Under the pieces are notes generated by a model. The model ran no database searches, was not told where the DNA came from, and saw nothing but the letters and a program-made list of their open reading frames with translations. A program made the position numbers and the translations under genes. From Yuukianura sp. NJ FZ-2021 (Eukaryota): a DNA stretch of 64,000 bases. Within the stretch, counting starts at the first letter, position 1; the number at the start of each line of letters is the position of its first letter. Below, one piece after another: positions 1 to 16,620 of this stretch. The stretch spans positions 8,308,001 to 8,372,000 of the forward strand of contig CM102285.1 of NCBI GenBank assembly GCA_046563655.1, given 5' to 3'.

Positions 1-457
1 TCGTTGCATTCCTCCCTTGTGAGGATAACCGTGAAGCTTACCGCCATGTTGACCTCGACCAAGCGTTTTCTGCAAGCAAAAATCAAATAATTGTATTCAA
101 ATATTAGTAGAACAACGAAGGACAAACATAAACAAATGAATATGACTATAAAAAATTAGAATTGAAAAAGTTTCCAAATTCCTCTTCACTCAACCCGCTC
201 AACCGTCTCTTTTTATTTCCTACAGGGTATGAAGTTTTTTTTAAATAAAACTCAAACCAACTTAAGCTTGGTTATTTGATTCTGTACATCCTCTGAAGAA
301 CCTAAATATAATACAAGATGGGATCGAAATTCCTGAATATGGTCTTAATTTTACTAACCGGACGTCGTTCCTCTCTGCCTTTGAGGTTACCCAGTGCAAT
401 TCGAGGTAATGTTCTTATTAGGGCGAGAGCTTTGTCAGCACCAGATCGTAGAGCCAT
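1..457 (-). CDS. MRPL15: Mitochondrial ribosomal protein L15, first two exons (457-359, 69-1); runs off the window
   Basis: Manual translation MALRSGADKALALIRTLPRIALGNLKGREERRP/KTLGRGQHGGKLHGYPHKGGMQR across an in-frame GT-AG intron; resembles the insect mRpL15 N-terminus (LPR..GNL, GRxQHGG). Confidence 0.85.
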
Positions 458-2321
458 TTGTAAAAGGAAATTGGTTTTATGCAGAAAAGTCCTGTAATGT
501 TTGGATGTCGGATTACAACCTTAAATTAAAACCGAAATCAACTTTAGTACCACAAGCATGAAAGAAAAGACAAAAGCAAAAGTAAGAAATGTATTGCATT
601 TACCGTATACAACACAGTACACCGTCGAGCGTCGTACAACACAAACACAACAGTATACAGTGACAGTACTGGTTGGTTGTTTACACCAACCAGCTAACCC
701 GGAACAGGAATAATCCCACACAAAACAAAAACCGAATTTTAAAAATTTAACATAATCAACCAAGATCAAACCCACTAATTAAATCGTCTCCAAAGTTAGC
801 GAAATTAAAGAAACACCTATAAAGAAAAAATAACAACACTGTGTACTAAGGACACAAACAAACAACCGGGTAAACATACGGATTAACTACTGTCATTGTA
901 GCCTCACAGTGTAGCTGTAGCCACTCCGGTCATCTTATGTGTCTGCAACAGCCGGCTACACCTGAATTACAACTGTAGTAACCAATTAGCCATTCTAACT
1001 TAATCTAAAGTCGCAAAATAAGTTGCCACCACGTGGAACCGCCAATCGTAGGAGGCATTAAATGGCGGAGCAGCTATACAGGTGACTTTTAATGCTCGTT
1101 AAATCTTACGCCAACCAAAAATTGCATGATTACGTTCAAATTACTGTATTCGCGGCAAACTAATTTTGACCTCGCGTCTCACTCTTGATTTTCGTATCAC
1201 ACTAAATCATAAACAGTTTTAACGCACCAACCATTTTGCACAAGGTGCTGGTTCTAATCATGCTGACTCTGATAACTCAAAGGAATTCTTAAATTAAAAT
1301 AAATTAAATTAAATTAAAAAGTGCAACGTCTTGGTGTTTGTGTTTGCTAAATTGGCAGCAACAACGTCGATTTACTAATCTAATCAGGGAATGCTATAAG
1401 CGATGACCGTAGACGAATAGACAAGAGACAAGCCAGCACATTTGCAACATTAGTGTGTAGGCGAGGGGCGGGGTTACAAAAGTACTGTACTTGTAGGTAG
1501 CACTAAGTTTGATCCTCACATGGAATTGGTGGATTTTGAATGGCGCTAAGTTCATAGTCCTTCCACTCCTCCCCTTCCTACGTTCAGGCCTGGATCTGGA
1601 AGTCGTGCAAAATAAAACAAGATACGATTACCGTTATAACAGTTAAACACTAACAAACAATCATAAGTATAGCATGTCCCTATAATCGATTTATCACTTA
1701 CTGCCACCATCACACGCTTTCTTTATCATCATTTCTACTTCACTTGACGTTGAGTTGACAGCCACTTCCATTCACTTTTCACCTTGTCATGCCGCTCTAA
1801 TTTTTAGCAACCGCTTATCGATTTTGCAATCTTTCGCCCTTTTACAGCCGAGTGAATAGGATCGACGCGTTTTTTACTCACTCTTCCTCTTCGTACAGTC
1901 AGTCACAGTCACAGTCAGTGTTCAAGCGAGTGAACAAAACGCTGGTCCTCAAGGACACGTTGCTCCATCGAACAGGTCGTTTGTTTCAGTTTACTCCAAC
2001 ATTGGATATTGGATTGCCATAAACGTTGCTGTCCACTCCACTAAAGAGAAAAAATTCGTGTATGTACCGTCAAACTCAAACATTTTACATTACATAATAC
2101 CAGTGCTTTCCTGTTTTTCTATAAAAATATTAGAAATTGATAAGCCAAAATCAACTTTTTCTTTTCCTGAGAAAGCAATATACTTTTGTAGCAAACTTGC
2201 TTCGACTGAAGACAGTTGAGTAGATTAAGGTTTTAAATGTTTAAATCTAATACTTGTGCAATCGACTTGTTTTCTCACAGGTACTACGGACACGGAGGGA
2301 AGCGTTAACTGAATCGTTGAC

Positions 2322-4795
2322 ATGGGGCTGCTTAGCGAAGGATCACCGCTGACATGGGAGGAAACGCAAAAATGGGCTCAACATGTCAAAGACAATGGAA
2401 TACAACAGTTCATCAACTTATACAAGAGACTCCAGAACCGAGAAGGAGATTCGTTGAAATGGGGCGATGAAGTGGAATACATCATTGTCAGATTTGATCA
2501 TGCTAATAAAAGGGCCCAGGTTGGACTCCGGGCTCAAGAAGTACTTCCGATACTACGGCAGCCAGAAAATGACAATCCACAGTACGAACAACCTTCAAAT
2601 GATTCTTTGTTTTGTATGTCAGAAGAATGTGGACCAGTTGTAATGTATATTTGTTTCAGGACTGCGAAATCCCTGTGGAGACCTGAATATGGAGCATATA
2701 TGATTGAAGGAACCCCTGGACAGCCTTATGGCGCTTTGCCAGCTCATTTGAACATTGTCGAAGCAAATATGAAATCCCGTCGAAACGAAGCCCAACTTCA
2801 GCTCGGGCCGAATGAAGTAGTTCTATCTATCGCCAACTTTCCTCGTCTTGGCTGCCCAGGCTTTACATTTCCAGAGTACGATCCAGAACCTGAACAGGAT
2901 GGTGCATCTAAGTCGTATTTCTTTCCAGACCAGGCTATTTTCCAGGGTCACCCTCGATTCGCAACCTTGACAAGAAATATTCGTTCTCGTCGAGGTTCTA
3001 AAATTGACATCCAAATTCCTAGTAAATAACCATTTTTATTTTGACAACTTGAAAAATGTGTGATAGAAATGTAAACACTGTCATTGTTTTCGTTGTAGTT
3101 TTCCGTGACAAACTGACACCATCGCCATTCATTGAGGCTGGGATTCCGGAACAAAAAGAAAATATGATATACTTGGATGCTATGGGCTTTGGGATGGGCA
3201 TGTGCTGCCTTCAAGTGACATTCCAGGCTTGCAACATAGGAGAAGCTCGGGCACTTTATGACAACTTGACTCCTTTATGTCCCATTATGGTAATTACGTA
3301 ACACTACCTTTATTCATGGGCGACATGTACTAAAAAGCGGAAAAATCGAATTGCCTACAATATTAAGCGACTTATTGATTTTGAATTTCAGTTGGCATTC
3401 ACAGCAGGTACTCCGTTTTTTCGGGGTTACATTTCGGATGTGGATTGCCGATGGAACATCATAGCTGCTTCCGTGGATTGTCGGAAACCGGATGAGAAGA
3501 CACGAATTCCTAAATCAAGATATGATTCCGTGGACTCCTATTTGTAAGTGCTATTTTGTTTTGTTGGAAAAGTTCATGAGTCAAAGCACGTTGGAAAAGG
3601 AGCATTTCAATTTTTGATTATCACAATTGCAGTGATGGCAATTAATGACGATTGAACGATTTGTTTAGATTGAAAGGGTCCATTTAGTTTTTGAGTAATT
3701 TTGAAATGTTACCATAAATCGATGCATGTGACATGTGACAGTGCGTTAGGCCAATAGTAAAAACTGAATCGATTTATCTGGTTTGTTTAGGTCTGAAGAA
3801 AATGCCGAATACAATGACATCCCACTAATCTACGACGATGCTGTGTACAAGGTGCTAGTTGAAGGTGGCATTGACTCATCTCTGGCTCAACACGTTGCTC
3901 ATTTATTTATTCGTGATCCAGTATCCCTTTTCTCGGAAAAGATACATCAAGACAATCTAAAGGATTCGGATCACTTTGAGGTATGGAACGAAAGCTGCTG
4001 AAAACTGAAAATTCCCTGTAATCAGTGTAACTTAAATATAAATTGGTGTAAACTCCAGAACATACAATCAACGAACTGGCAAACGATGAGGTTCAAACCA
4101 CCACCGCCAGATAGTCCAATCGGATGGAGAGTAGAATTCCGTCCGTGTGAAGTCCAATTGACAGATTTTGAAAACGCTGCGGTCGTCTGTTTTGTTGTCT
4201 TGTTGACCCGGGTTGTGCTCTCTTATAATCTCTGCTTTCTTATGCCGATTTCAAAGGTAAGTCTATTAAAATTAACCAGAGAAGATGATGCGATCGTGAT
4301 GATTTCATACGTAATGTCACCACTATTACTTATTAGGTGGAAGAAAATATGAAGAAGGCTCAAGGTCGAAATGCCATCCACGAACAAAAGTTTTGGTTCA
4401 GGAACGATATCCAGAATAAAGGGAACAAAGACTGTTCGTTAATGAGCATCAATGAAATAATCAACGGGAAAGATGGATTTCCAGGCCTTGTTCCTCTAAT
4501 TCAAACTTACCTATCGTCTATGGATGTTGATGCAGATACCCAATGCACTCTTCAGCAGTACCTCTCTTTTATTTCCAAACGGGCAAAGGGAGACATATGG
4601 ACTGCTGCAAAGTGGCTACGAGAATTTGTCCTGACACATCCAGACTACAAGCAAGATAGTCGTATTTCCGAGCAAATTAACTACGATCTCCTTGTGAGAA
4701 TTTCCAAATTGCTGACGGAGCCTTGTCCTAAACTACATGGATCAATTCTTGCCTCTAAAACACAAGACAATGTGCCAGATATTTTAACCAAGTAG
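2322..4795 (+). CDS. GCLC: Glutamate-cysteine ligase catalytic subunit (multi-exon)
   Basis: [86 protein letters not shown] motifs. Confidence 0.98.
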
Positions 4796-5272
4796 AACTT
4801 ATTTTTGAGTAGTAATCAAGATTCTTTGAATTTTCTTAGAACTGGAGCTAGATTGTTGCCTTCTTGCTAGCAAGTGCAGCTATTTCAATAAAAAGTACTT
4901 CACTATGAGCAATAATCCAAGCCGAAACGGTTTTTTACTTCTCATGTAATGATAATGAAGAAAGCCACAAATAATTCCAATCCGTCTGTAACTATTATTA
5001 GTTATACTGTCTACAGTTTGAATGCTTAAAAGCGAAAGATTAATTAGTTCATGCTAATTCTTATGACGTATAAAGGGGCAAGGGTGGCAATACTGGCGCA
5101 GTGGCACTGGCACCTTGACCAATTTCATTTTCATTCCATTTGTTTAGTAGTGTTAAGAGGACAACCAAGCGTCCTTTTGTTAGCGCCAAATCCTTCCACT
5201 CGTTTGGCGCGAAATTTTTCGAATTGGTGAAAATGAGAGTTGAGGTAACACATTAACAGGTAAAATTTAATG

Positions 5273-5479
5273 ACCATTATTGTAGCCACGCGATGCTGCC
5301 ACTCTGTGTAGCCACATTAAGGGGGATTGGGTTTAAGTTATGGTTTTTATGTATTCAAATCTAACCTAACATAATTTAGTCGCCACTGCGTTAGCGTAGC
5401 CACTTATTATAGCGACACAAAGAGAAAATGACTGCAGTGGCTATGGCTATACCGTGTGTGGCTACAATACAATAATGGT
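5273..5479. mobile_element. Degenerate MITE-like inverted-repeat element
   Basis: ACCATTATTGTAGCCAC ... GTGGCTACAATACAATAATGGT imperfect inverted ends, repeated TAGCCAC/GTGGCTA units and a central CTAACCTAAC. A similar decayed stretch lies at ~886-1085. Confidence 0.5.
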
Positions 5480-6075
5480 TGGAATAGCTTAGCTCAACCA
5501 AATTCAAAATTCAGAAACGAGACTCGCAGTATGTAACGGTTGTATTATACGTCGAGAGACCCGCTTCTAAAGGTGAGTGTTTGAGCGAGGCCGGGTCTTA
5601 TTGTTATGTGACCGGGATACTCTAACACATACAGTGTTAACTCATACAGTGAGAGAAACGAAGAGTTTGCAGACAGGCAAAAAATTTAAGCCGAAATCGA
5701 ATTTATAAAACTGAACTGACGAAGAAGACGACTCACTTCACTAGCAAGCACTACTGATAAAACTGAGGAGTGAGGACAAAAACGACATTTACGTTATTTT
5801 ACATCGATTGATCGATTAATTTTGACTTTGACCTATTCGTTTGTCGAAGTGTGGATTCCTTGTCTCTCCAGTTAGACTGTTTGCTCACTTCACTTCACGG
5901 AAAACAGGTACGGGATAACATTGTTCAAAAATCATCGAGTAAAAGGTAATTTTGGTATGGCTAACAATGACACAAGACAAGACGAGAGGATACCCCAGCA
6001 ATGTTAATAAAAGTTAAACTTCTGGTTATGGTTTTTTAGGTTTGAGAAGCTGAGATAAACCAATAAACTAGAAAC

Positions 6076-9000
6076 ATGGAGATCAATGACGCTAACCTTC
6101 AAGCTTTGGCAGGATGTCTACAGCAAACCATGAACTCGGATCCTCACATACGACATCCTGGTAAGAAGTCATACATTTCTTTGAACGCGACACAAGCTTG
6201 ACATGCTGAGGTTATTTGGTAAGTGGTTGTAACCCACCACCTCTAATTCGTGTCGCTTTGTTTTTTAAGCCGAAGAGCACCTAAAATCCGTCGAACCAAC
6301 CAAGAACTACCCAGTCATGCTGTTGAATCTAATAGCTAAGGATACAGTGGAGATGAATGTTCGATTCGCTGGAGCTATTGCCTTCAAAAACTTTGTGAAA
6401 CGAAACTGGAAAATTGTAAGTTGTTGCAATCACAGGTTTTCTAAATTTACTCGTACTCGTACTAACAACTCGCTACTTGCAGTATTGCAGCTGCAGCATA
6501 GCATAATTATAAAGCATAATTATAAAATTTCAGACTGACGAAGATGGGCATGTGGAGGACAAGCTGGATGCAGATGATCGTTTGATTGTAAAGAAGATGA
6601 TTGTAGATCTCATGTTGGCTTCTCCAGAAAAAATTCAAAGACAACTAAGCGATGCCATCACCGTGATCGGGCGTGAAGATTTTCCAAAGAAATGGCCTCA
6701 CCTTCTGCAGGATATGATCGTCAAATTCCAGTCTGGAGATTTTCACGTTATAAACGGAATACTTCACACGGCACACTCCCTCTTCAAGCGGTACCGCTAC
6801 GAATTTAAGTCAAACGAACTTTGGTCTGAGATCAAAGTTGTGATTCAAGAATTTGCACCCCCCTTGACTCAACTACTGTTGGTAAATCCCCATCTTAAAT
6901 TACTTCTAGTAGTTGACAATGTATCAATTGTATCATTGGTGGGTATGGTTTCAATAGGTCCTGATGGAGATGGTGAAGCAGCATGAAAATAATCGCGACG
7001 CTTTGAAAGTAATCATGAGCTCTCTCATTATGGTTTCTAAGATATTCCATTCATTGAACCATCAGGTATGTTTCACTCACAACTTATTTCGTAATAACTT
7101 GTTCAATGCGGCTCTCGAATTTAGAATTCTAAAATACGAATTTGTAATAGGATCTGCCAGAGTTTTTTGAAGATGCGATGGGAACTTGGATGGAGAACTT
7201 TTACATTTTACTAGAAATGAACTGTCCTCTTCTTCAAACTGAAGGCAAAGAAGAAGTAGGTTTAATGGAGCAGCTGAAGTCAGAAATCTGCCGTAACGTG
7301 GGCTTGTACGCTCAGAAGTATGACGAGGAATTTACAAGTTACTTACCTAGATTTGTCACTGTTGTGTGGCAATTGCTTGTTACCACTGGAAGTGCACCGA
7401 AATATGATCACGTAAGATAAGCACTTGCAGTGTCACTACTATATTTTAACATTCATGGATTACTTGTATTAGAAGCATCTTATTTGATTTATTCTATGCG
7501 ACATCAGCTGGTGAGCAACGCTATTGAATTCTTAGCCTTGGTAGCAGATCGGGAGAGAAACAAAGCTCTGTTCGATGATCCGGGTACATTGGGTAGCATT
7601 TGTGAAAAAGTCATCATTCCCAATATGGAATTCAGACGTAAGCTTTAATACGATTGTTTACATTTATTTGTTAAAAAATATGATAACTAAAAGTAGTTTA
7701 CTGCTTTTTCGTTGCTTAGAGTCGGATGAAGAGCTATTTGAGGATAATGCAGAGGAGTACATCCGCAGAGACATAGAAGGTTCTGACGTTGATACGAGAC
7801 GACGAGCAGCTTGTGATCTCGTGCGAGCACTTTCACGCCATTTTGAATCCCAAATGACAAATATATTTGGTCAATACGTCCAGGTAAGCCACTGTTCCGA
7901 GAAGACTTAAAAGAATTTGTAAATCATGTGCATTTAATCAAACGGAATAATTAAAAATGTCAAATTGGATTGAACTGACATAGGTTATGCTGACCAACTA
8001 CGCAGCCAGTCCTTCCCAAAACTGGAGAAACAAGGACGCTGCAATTTACTTAGTCACTTCTGTGACTTCTAAGGGAAAAACCGAGAAACTTGGAATCACT
8101 CAGACGAACCAGTTAGTTAACATAGTTGACTTCTTTCAAGGTCACATTTTGCCTGAACTCATCGACCCAAATGGTATGAAGACGACATTGCCTGCTTTCT
8201 AATGCTAGTATATGTGGAATTGAATTATTTCCGGAATACCGTAGTGTTGTGTCTTTTGTTTGCAGTGGAAGCTCTGCCAGTTTTGAAAGCCGACATAATT
8301 AAATTCGTGATGGTATTCCGGAACCAGTTGCCTCCTCAGATTGTGAAGGAAAGTCTTGGACCACTCGTTCGTTTTTTGAAATCGACAAGCGCCGTCGTTC
8401 ACACTTATGCCGCGTACACGATCGATAAGGTTCTACTCGTAAGGCAAGCGGACATGACAGCCCTGTGAGAAATTCTACAATAATTTATCATTAGATTATG
8501 AAATACAATACTTATGATTGAAGGGTGAATGCTTGTTGATTCCTAGTGTAAAATCGACTGATTTACACCCAATTTCGGCTGAGCTTGTGAGAAATCTACT
8601 CGCTCTGCTAGAAACCCATGAAGCGAAAGAAAATGAGCATGTGATGAGAGGTAAAATTAACGATAGATATGCTGTTGATGTTGATCCCTTCTGTAGCTTC
8701 AATCATATTTGTTTTATTTAGCCCTGATGAGGTCATTCTCGTCGTTACAAGAGGGGATTGCTCCACTGATGGGCGAGATTCTTCCGAAACTGACTCAAAT
8801 CTTGATGACAGTGGCGAAAAATCCTAGCAAGCCCCATTTCAATCATTACTTGTTCGAGAGTATCAGCGTTTCGATCAGAATCATTTGCAAGAGCAATTCT
8901 GAAATGGCTTTCCAGTTCGAAATGCTTCTGTTTCCAGTGATTAATCAAATCTTGCAGCAAGATGTTGCTGGTAAGAACACTTTTATATCTTTTGTCAAGT

Positions 9001-10320
9001 GATTCGATGTTTCTCGAAATAATGATAAGTCATTTACATAATTATTTATTATATACGATATAGAATTCATCCCCTACGCGTTTCAACTCTTATCGATGCT
9101 TTTGGAATTTCACACTACCGGAATTCCGGACGACTATGTTTCACTTTTCCCGCTCCTTCTGCATCCAAGTCTGTGGGAAAGACCAGCAAATATACCTCCA
9201 TTGGTGAAACTCCTTCAAGTATATGTCCGGAAAAATCCGCAGGGTGTGACCGAGAAACTTGTAAGTTTACAAATATTGTTATTCTTGTTAACAATTTCTT
9301 TGTGAGCATTGGCTATATACTAAATAACACTTTGAAACTTTGATGAGAATTTTTCTATTTTTTTTTTTGTATAGGGTGGACTGCTCGGTGTTTTTCAAAA
9401 GATGATCGCTTCCAAACAGAACGACGGTGAGGGATTTCGCTTGTTGGAGACAATAACCGAAGAAATTCCACAGTAAGTGCAGGGTCGATGTAAATTACAT
9501 TGCTCCAGTTCAAAACTTCCGTTGTTCTAGAGCTGCAATGGAGCAATACACGAAGCAAGTTTTCATTCTACTCTTTCAACGTCTGACTTCAATGAAGACC
9601 GTCAAATACGTCAAAGGCCTTCTAGTCTACTTTGGATTCTATATATACAAATTCGGAGCAACGAATTTCATCCAAATGATTGACTCCATTCAGCCCCGCA
9701 TGTTTGGAATGGTACTGGATCGCCTCTTTGTTTCTGAAAGTCAAAAAGTAACTGGAAGTCGGGAGAAACGGATCTTAGCTGTCGGAATTACAAAAATACT
9801 GTGTGATGCGCCACAAACATTGAAAGGAGAATATGCCAACTATTGGTAAGCAAACTTTGGAATTGGAAAAGCAAATCGAGAATTACCAATGGAATTAACC
9901 CTACTCAAAACATGAATAATTTCAGGGCACCCTTACTGCAAGCACTGGTTGGATTATTTGAACTGCCTGAAGATACGACTGCAGAGGTCGAGGGACATTT
10001 TGTGGAAATCGATGAATCTCTTGGCTATCAAACGACATTTTCACAGTTGAACTTTGCACGATCTGCTGAAAAGGATCCATTCAATGGTGAGTTCGTTATC
10101 TAATGAATGCTTCATTCTTATTTTCTTCGACGAATTTATTCAATTGAATTCTTATGCAGGAACAATTCCTGATACAAAGGCATTCTTGGCTGTGAATTTG
10201 GCTAGACTTTCAAAAGAGAATCCTGGCGTACTGAGTCCAATTATCAGTGCTGGAATTGCACCGGCAGCGCAAAACTTTTTGCTTGATTACCTCAAAGTGT
10301 ACAATGTCCAGATTGCTTGA
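6076..10320 (+). CDS. CSE1L: Exportin-2 / CSE1L (multi-exon)
   Basis: IBN_N motif AIAFKNFVKRNW, QLSDAITVIGREDFPKKWP, FKRYRYEFKSNELWSEIK, EEYIRRDIEGSDVDTRRRAACDLVRAL, KNPSKPHFNHYLFE. Confidence 0.97.
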
Positions 10321-10740
10321 GGAGGGTGAGGCAGAGGCTATCTAACACTGAACAAAGTTGCACAACTGGAAAGAGTCTCGCATTGTATCTTATTTAAACT
10401 TTATTGTCAATATTTGAGCAACATTTTGCATGTTGCATTTTGCATTTGTTATAAAGTATTTAAACAGTTAATAAATTATGAAACGTGAAATTAATGCAAT
10501 GCAAAACCTAAAGGCAGCAGACAGGCTGCATTTTTACGAACGCGAACACGAAACTGCTGCTTGGCGTTTGGCGGTTGCAGGCCATCAGCTGTTTTTGAGT
10601 CTTCTCTCTCGTCACTCCGCAGATAAGGTAGTGACTTACATAAGATTGCTAGAATTTGATTATAATTTCATACGTTGATTAACTTTACAATTTGTTTTCA
10701 TTTCAGAAGCACTCCCTGTGCCTGGAGAGTAGCATTAAAG

Positions 10741-12610
10741 ATGCGCTTAACTATAAGACTGTTCAATGTGGCTACAGCGGCAGCAGCAAGACCTTGGCGA
10801 GAAGCAGCGACACTAATACTTGCATCTCCATCGTCGCCGTCATCAACAGAAAGCGGATCGCATCGGGCCCCAGTAGATTCCACTGGAACTATAGAGTATT
10901 TAGTAACACAGCGATCGCCAAAGAGTTCTTTCTATCCAAATGGAGTTTGCTTTCCAGGTAAACAGTTTAGTACATTCAATATATTTTTAGTGTTAAGTTT
11001 TTGTGGTTCCAGGTCATAACCGCCAATCCAATAATCGCCAATCCTAAAACCGCCAATCAAAAACCGCCAATTTCTAAAACCGCCAATCCTTTAACCGCCA
11101 ATTCTAAAATCGACAATTTCAAAAATCGACAATTTTAAAAATCGACAAAATTAAAAATTGATTAAAACATAATGTAATTAAGCCCTACGTCGAAATTCAC
11201 ATTAAAATGACGTAACCAAACCTAACCTAGGTTAATCAAGCAGAGCACAACCTAAATAACCTTACCTGATTAAATTAAAACTAGTTTTTATATTTGTCGA
11301 TTTTTTAAATTGGCGGTTTTTGAAATTGTCGATTTTAGGATTGGCGGTTAAAGGATTGGCGGTTTTAGAAATTGGCGGTTTTTGATTGGCGGTTTTAGGA
11401 TTGGCGGTTATTGGATTGGCGGATATGACCTGCTACGGTTTTTGTCAACTTCATTTCGTAACGAAATCGTAGACGTGCGAATTACGTTATTAATCCTGGT
11501 AATGTCTTCATTTTTTCGAAGGTGGAGTGGTTTCTGCAGCCGACAGTGATAAGGGCTGGCTACGTTTGTTCCAAGACGAAGGAATAGACTTGAAGTCGCT
11601 TACGTTCTTTGATGCTTCAGCTCACCGCCCTCCAATATACAATGACGAGGACACTGTCAATCACTTCTCTAAAGAAATCGTACTGCGCCTGACTGCTATC
11701 CGAGAAACCTTCGAGGAAGCGGGAGTCCTCGTTTGCAAAACGAGTCAGAAGCGTGGTTCCAATCACGAACTCTTAAAAGATTTTGAGGAATTAAAACACT
11801 GGCAAAAACGTGTCAGGAAGCAGCCAGAGATGTTTCTCACTTTGTGCCAAGAGCTTGGTGTACTTCCAGACGTGGAATCCCTTTATGACTGGAGCAACTG
11901 GCTTACACCGGCACTGTTTCCGCCCAAATACAGATTCGATACTATTTTCTACATCTCAATTAAGCCTCGACCTCAACCTATCATTGACGAGCAAGAGGTG
12001 GTTAACGCTTTCGTAAGTCCGACTTGAAGAGAAAAGTTTACAAAAAGCGAATAAATCATTTCAGTTTCGTTTTATTGTTTTAGAGCGCTACGTCACTTCA
12101 GTTGATTGAATTCTCAGAAGACGGTACAACTGGGAAACTTGCACCACCGCAACTATATGAATTAGCCAGGCTGAAGGACATCACTAGTGTTGCGTCTTTA
12201 GAGGAATTGGCACGGCTTCGTACAACTAAAGGACTCGAACGATGGTGTCCTGCTATTTTCCGAACAACGGATGCCGGTATAAACGTCCTTCCAGGTAATA
12301 ATAATAACAGATTCAATTAAATCCTACATGATCTCACGTTAGACAGAAAGACTGGACTTAATCAATCATCAAGAAAGTTACATTATTTGTAAGGTTTGGC
12401 CATGTCTTAACTTTCTCTCTCTTTTAAGGCGATGACATGTATCCTAAGGATCTAAACGTCCATGAAAGTTCAACAGTTCATCAGTTGGACTCAACATTAA
12501 CTGAAATCACAACCTCTACGAAAAACCATCATAGAATGAAGTTATATCCCGAGCCCATGACAGTACATGTCAATATCCGAATGCCTTATGGTCAAGCTTA
12601 TACATTGTAA
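10741..12610 (+). CDS. NUDT19: Acyl-CoA diphosphatase NUDT19-like Nudix hydrolase (4 coding exons)
   Basis: PWREAATLIL, FPGG...D, split Nudix box RLTAIRETFEEAG, WSNWLTP...RFDTIFY, LAPPQLYELARL, LPGDDMYP. Confidence 0.9.
11005..11437. mobile_element. Foldback/MITE element in NUDT19 intron
   Basis: Long inverted arms (CAGGTCATAACCGCCAATCC ... GGATTGGCGGATATGACCTG) made of CCGCCAAT/TCGACAAT subrepeats; 8-bp direct repeat GTTTTTGT at 10997-11004 and 11438-11445; central CCTAACCTAGG. Confidence 0.9.
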
Positions 12611-12975
12611 TTTTCAAATTCAGCATAAACTGTTACCGATGCGGGCGAAGTTTTTCAATTTAACAATCCAAATAACATCGGTTAGGTGATAGTCAATTTA
12701 TTCCAAAGACGGGTGAATTCGTGAATTGTTGTGATTCTAGGCTTGCGACTGAAGAGGAATGAAGGTTTCTTAAGATCCAGAGATTAAATAAACTCCCAAA
12801 AACAGTGAATTTAGTCTAGTAAGTAGTTGTTACAGAGTGAGCAGGTACGCTTGAAGTGTGGTACATATGAAGTGTAATAATTTTGTTTCGTACCATTAAT
12901 GTTCAAATTATGTTATGGTGCCAAAGTACTCGTACATCCCCCTTCTACACGCAATGTCAGCCGTTCTTGCGTAGT

Positions 12976-15491
<2,516 letters not shown>

Positions 15492-16620
15492 TCAGCGGAA
15501 TGAGACAAACCCTTCAACTCTCCGAAGGAGAAGAAAGTAAAGAAGGAAGTTTTCCGTGATCCAACAATCGAAATTTCCAGTAAGCGACTACCAACACCTC
15601 CAACCAGCTTCAGTTAATTAATCAACACAACAATCAACTTAGAAGAACGAACTCACTGCGTTTCTAGATGCTAGAGGTCATGTGTCTACTTTTAAATGTG
15701 ACTTGTTACTATCCCGATGCCAAAAAAGAATTTGAATGCGGATTTTCGAGAAAAGTGAATTGCCTTGTCCAAGGCGAGACGCCGTCCAAATTTTTAACCT
15801 TTCATCATACCGCTTTTGTCACTCCTAATGCATGATCATGTTCAAGTGAAAGCATCCGACTGATAATCGTATTGTTCCAAAAATTATAACTGTAAACTGC
15901 AACAATAATTTAAGTTTCCTATAAATTAAAATTAATAATCTACAATTTTATGCTCCTCATTCAATGATTTAGTTACTCCAAAATTGTCTAGAGATGATTT
16001 TCCATAAAAACGTTAATATGCTTGAAAAATGAAAACATTAAGCAGCAGACTCTGAACATAGTGACAAGTTTAAATTTAATCGATTATGATGAGTAAGTAG
16101 TCAATAGTAATATTTCTGTTAACTGCACTCGAGTGATTAGTGTTTTAGCACTTAATACTGAAGAAAAAACCGCCCTCTTTAATCTTTGTATCTGATTGAC
16201 ACGAGACAAATGACACATCGTCCAAAATTCTATTTATCAGAATTTATTTCATTTGTTCCTCCTGACACCTTCCCTCGTACTTTCTCTTACTCGAGAAAGG
16301 AAAGTTCAAATCAATTAATCTGTTACATTTACAATGATAGAGTAAATCGATTATTGGACAACAATGGTGTCCACGGAAAAAGAAAATGGAAAATAAAAAC
16401 CACTGTAATATTTGATTTGCTTTGTCAAACCTATTTTAGCTGGTACATGATATTTGCAAACAGAACAGTTAGCGTCTGAAGTCCACCGTGAAATCACTTG
16501 CTTGCACCAAATGCTGTAAATTGTCAGATAAAGTTTTTTTCTCGTAGTTTAAACGGTTTCACATTAACGCGTTAGATCGCCAGATTGTTGTATCCATTCT
16601 AGGTTTTTTAAAAAATTAAC

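Noticed and set aside
521..775. 84-aa Cys/Val-rich ORF
   Set aside because: Low-complexity translation of CA-rich sequence upstream of MRPL15, with no recognisable motif.
11017..11425. Short interspaced CCGCCAAT repeats resembling a CRISPR array
   Set aside because: Units are 8 bp with 6-9-bp spacers, mirrored as inverted arms with a TSD, in a eukaryotic intron; it is a foldback MITE.
12600..12975. Possible SECIS element in the TrxR 3' UTR
   Set aside because: There is no in-frame TGA to recode and I saw no convincing SECIS stem by eye.
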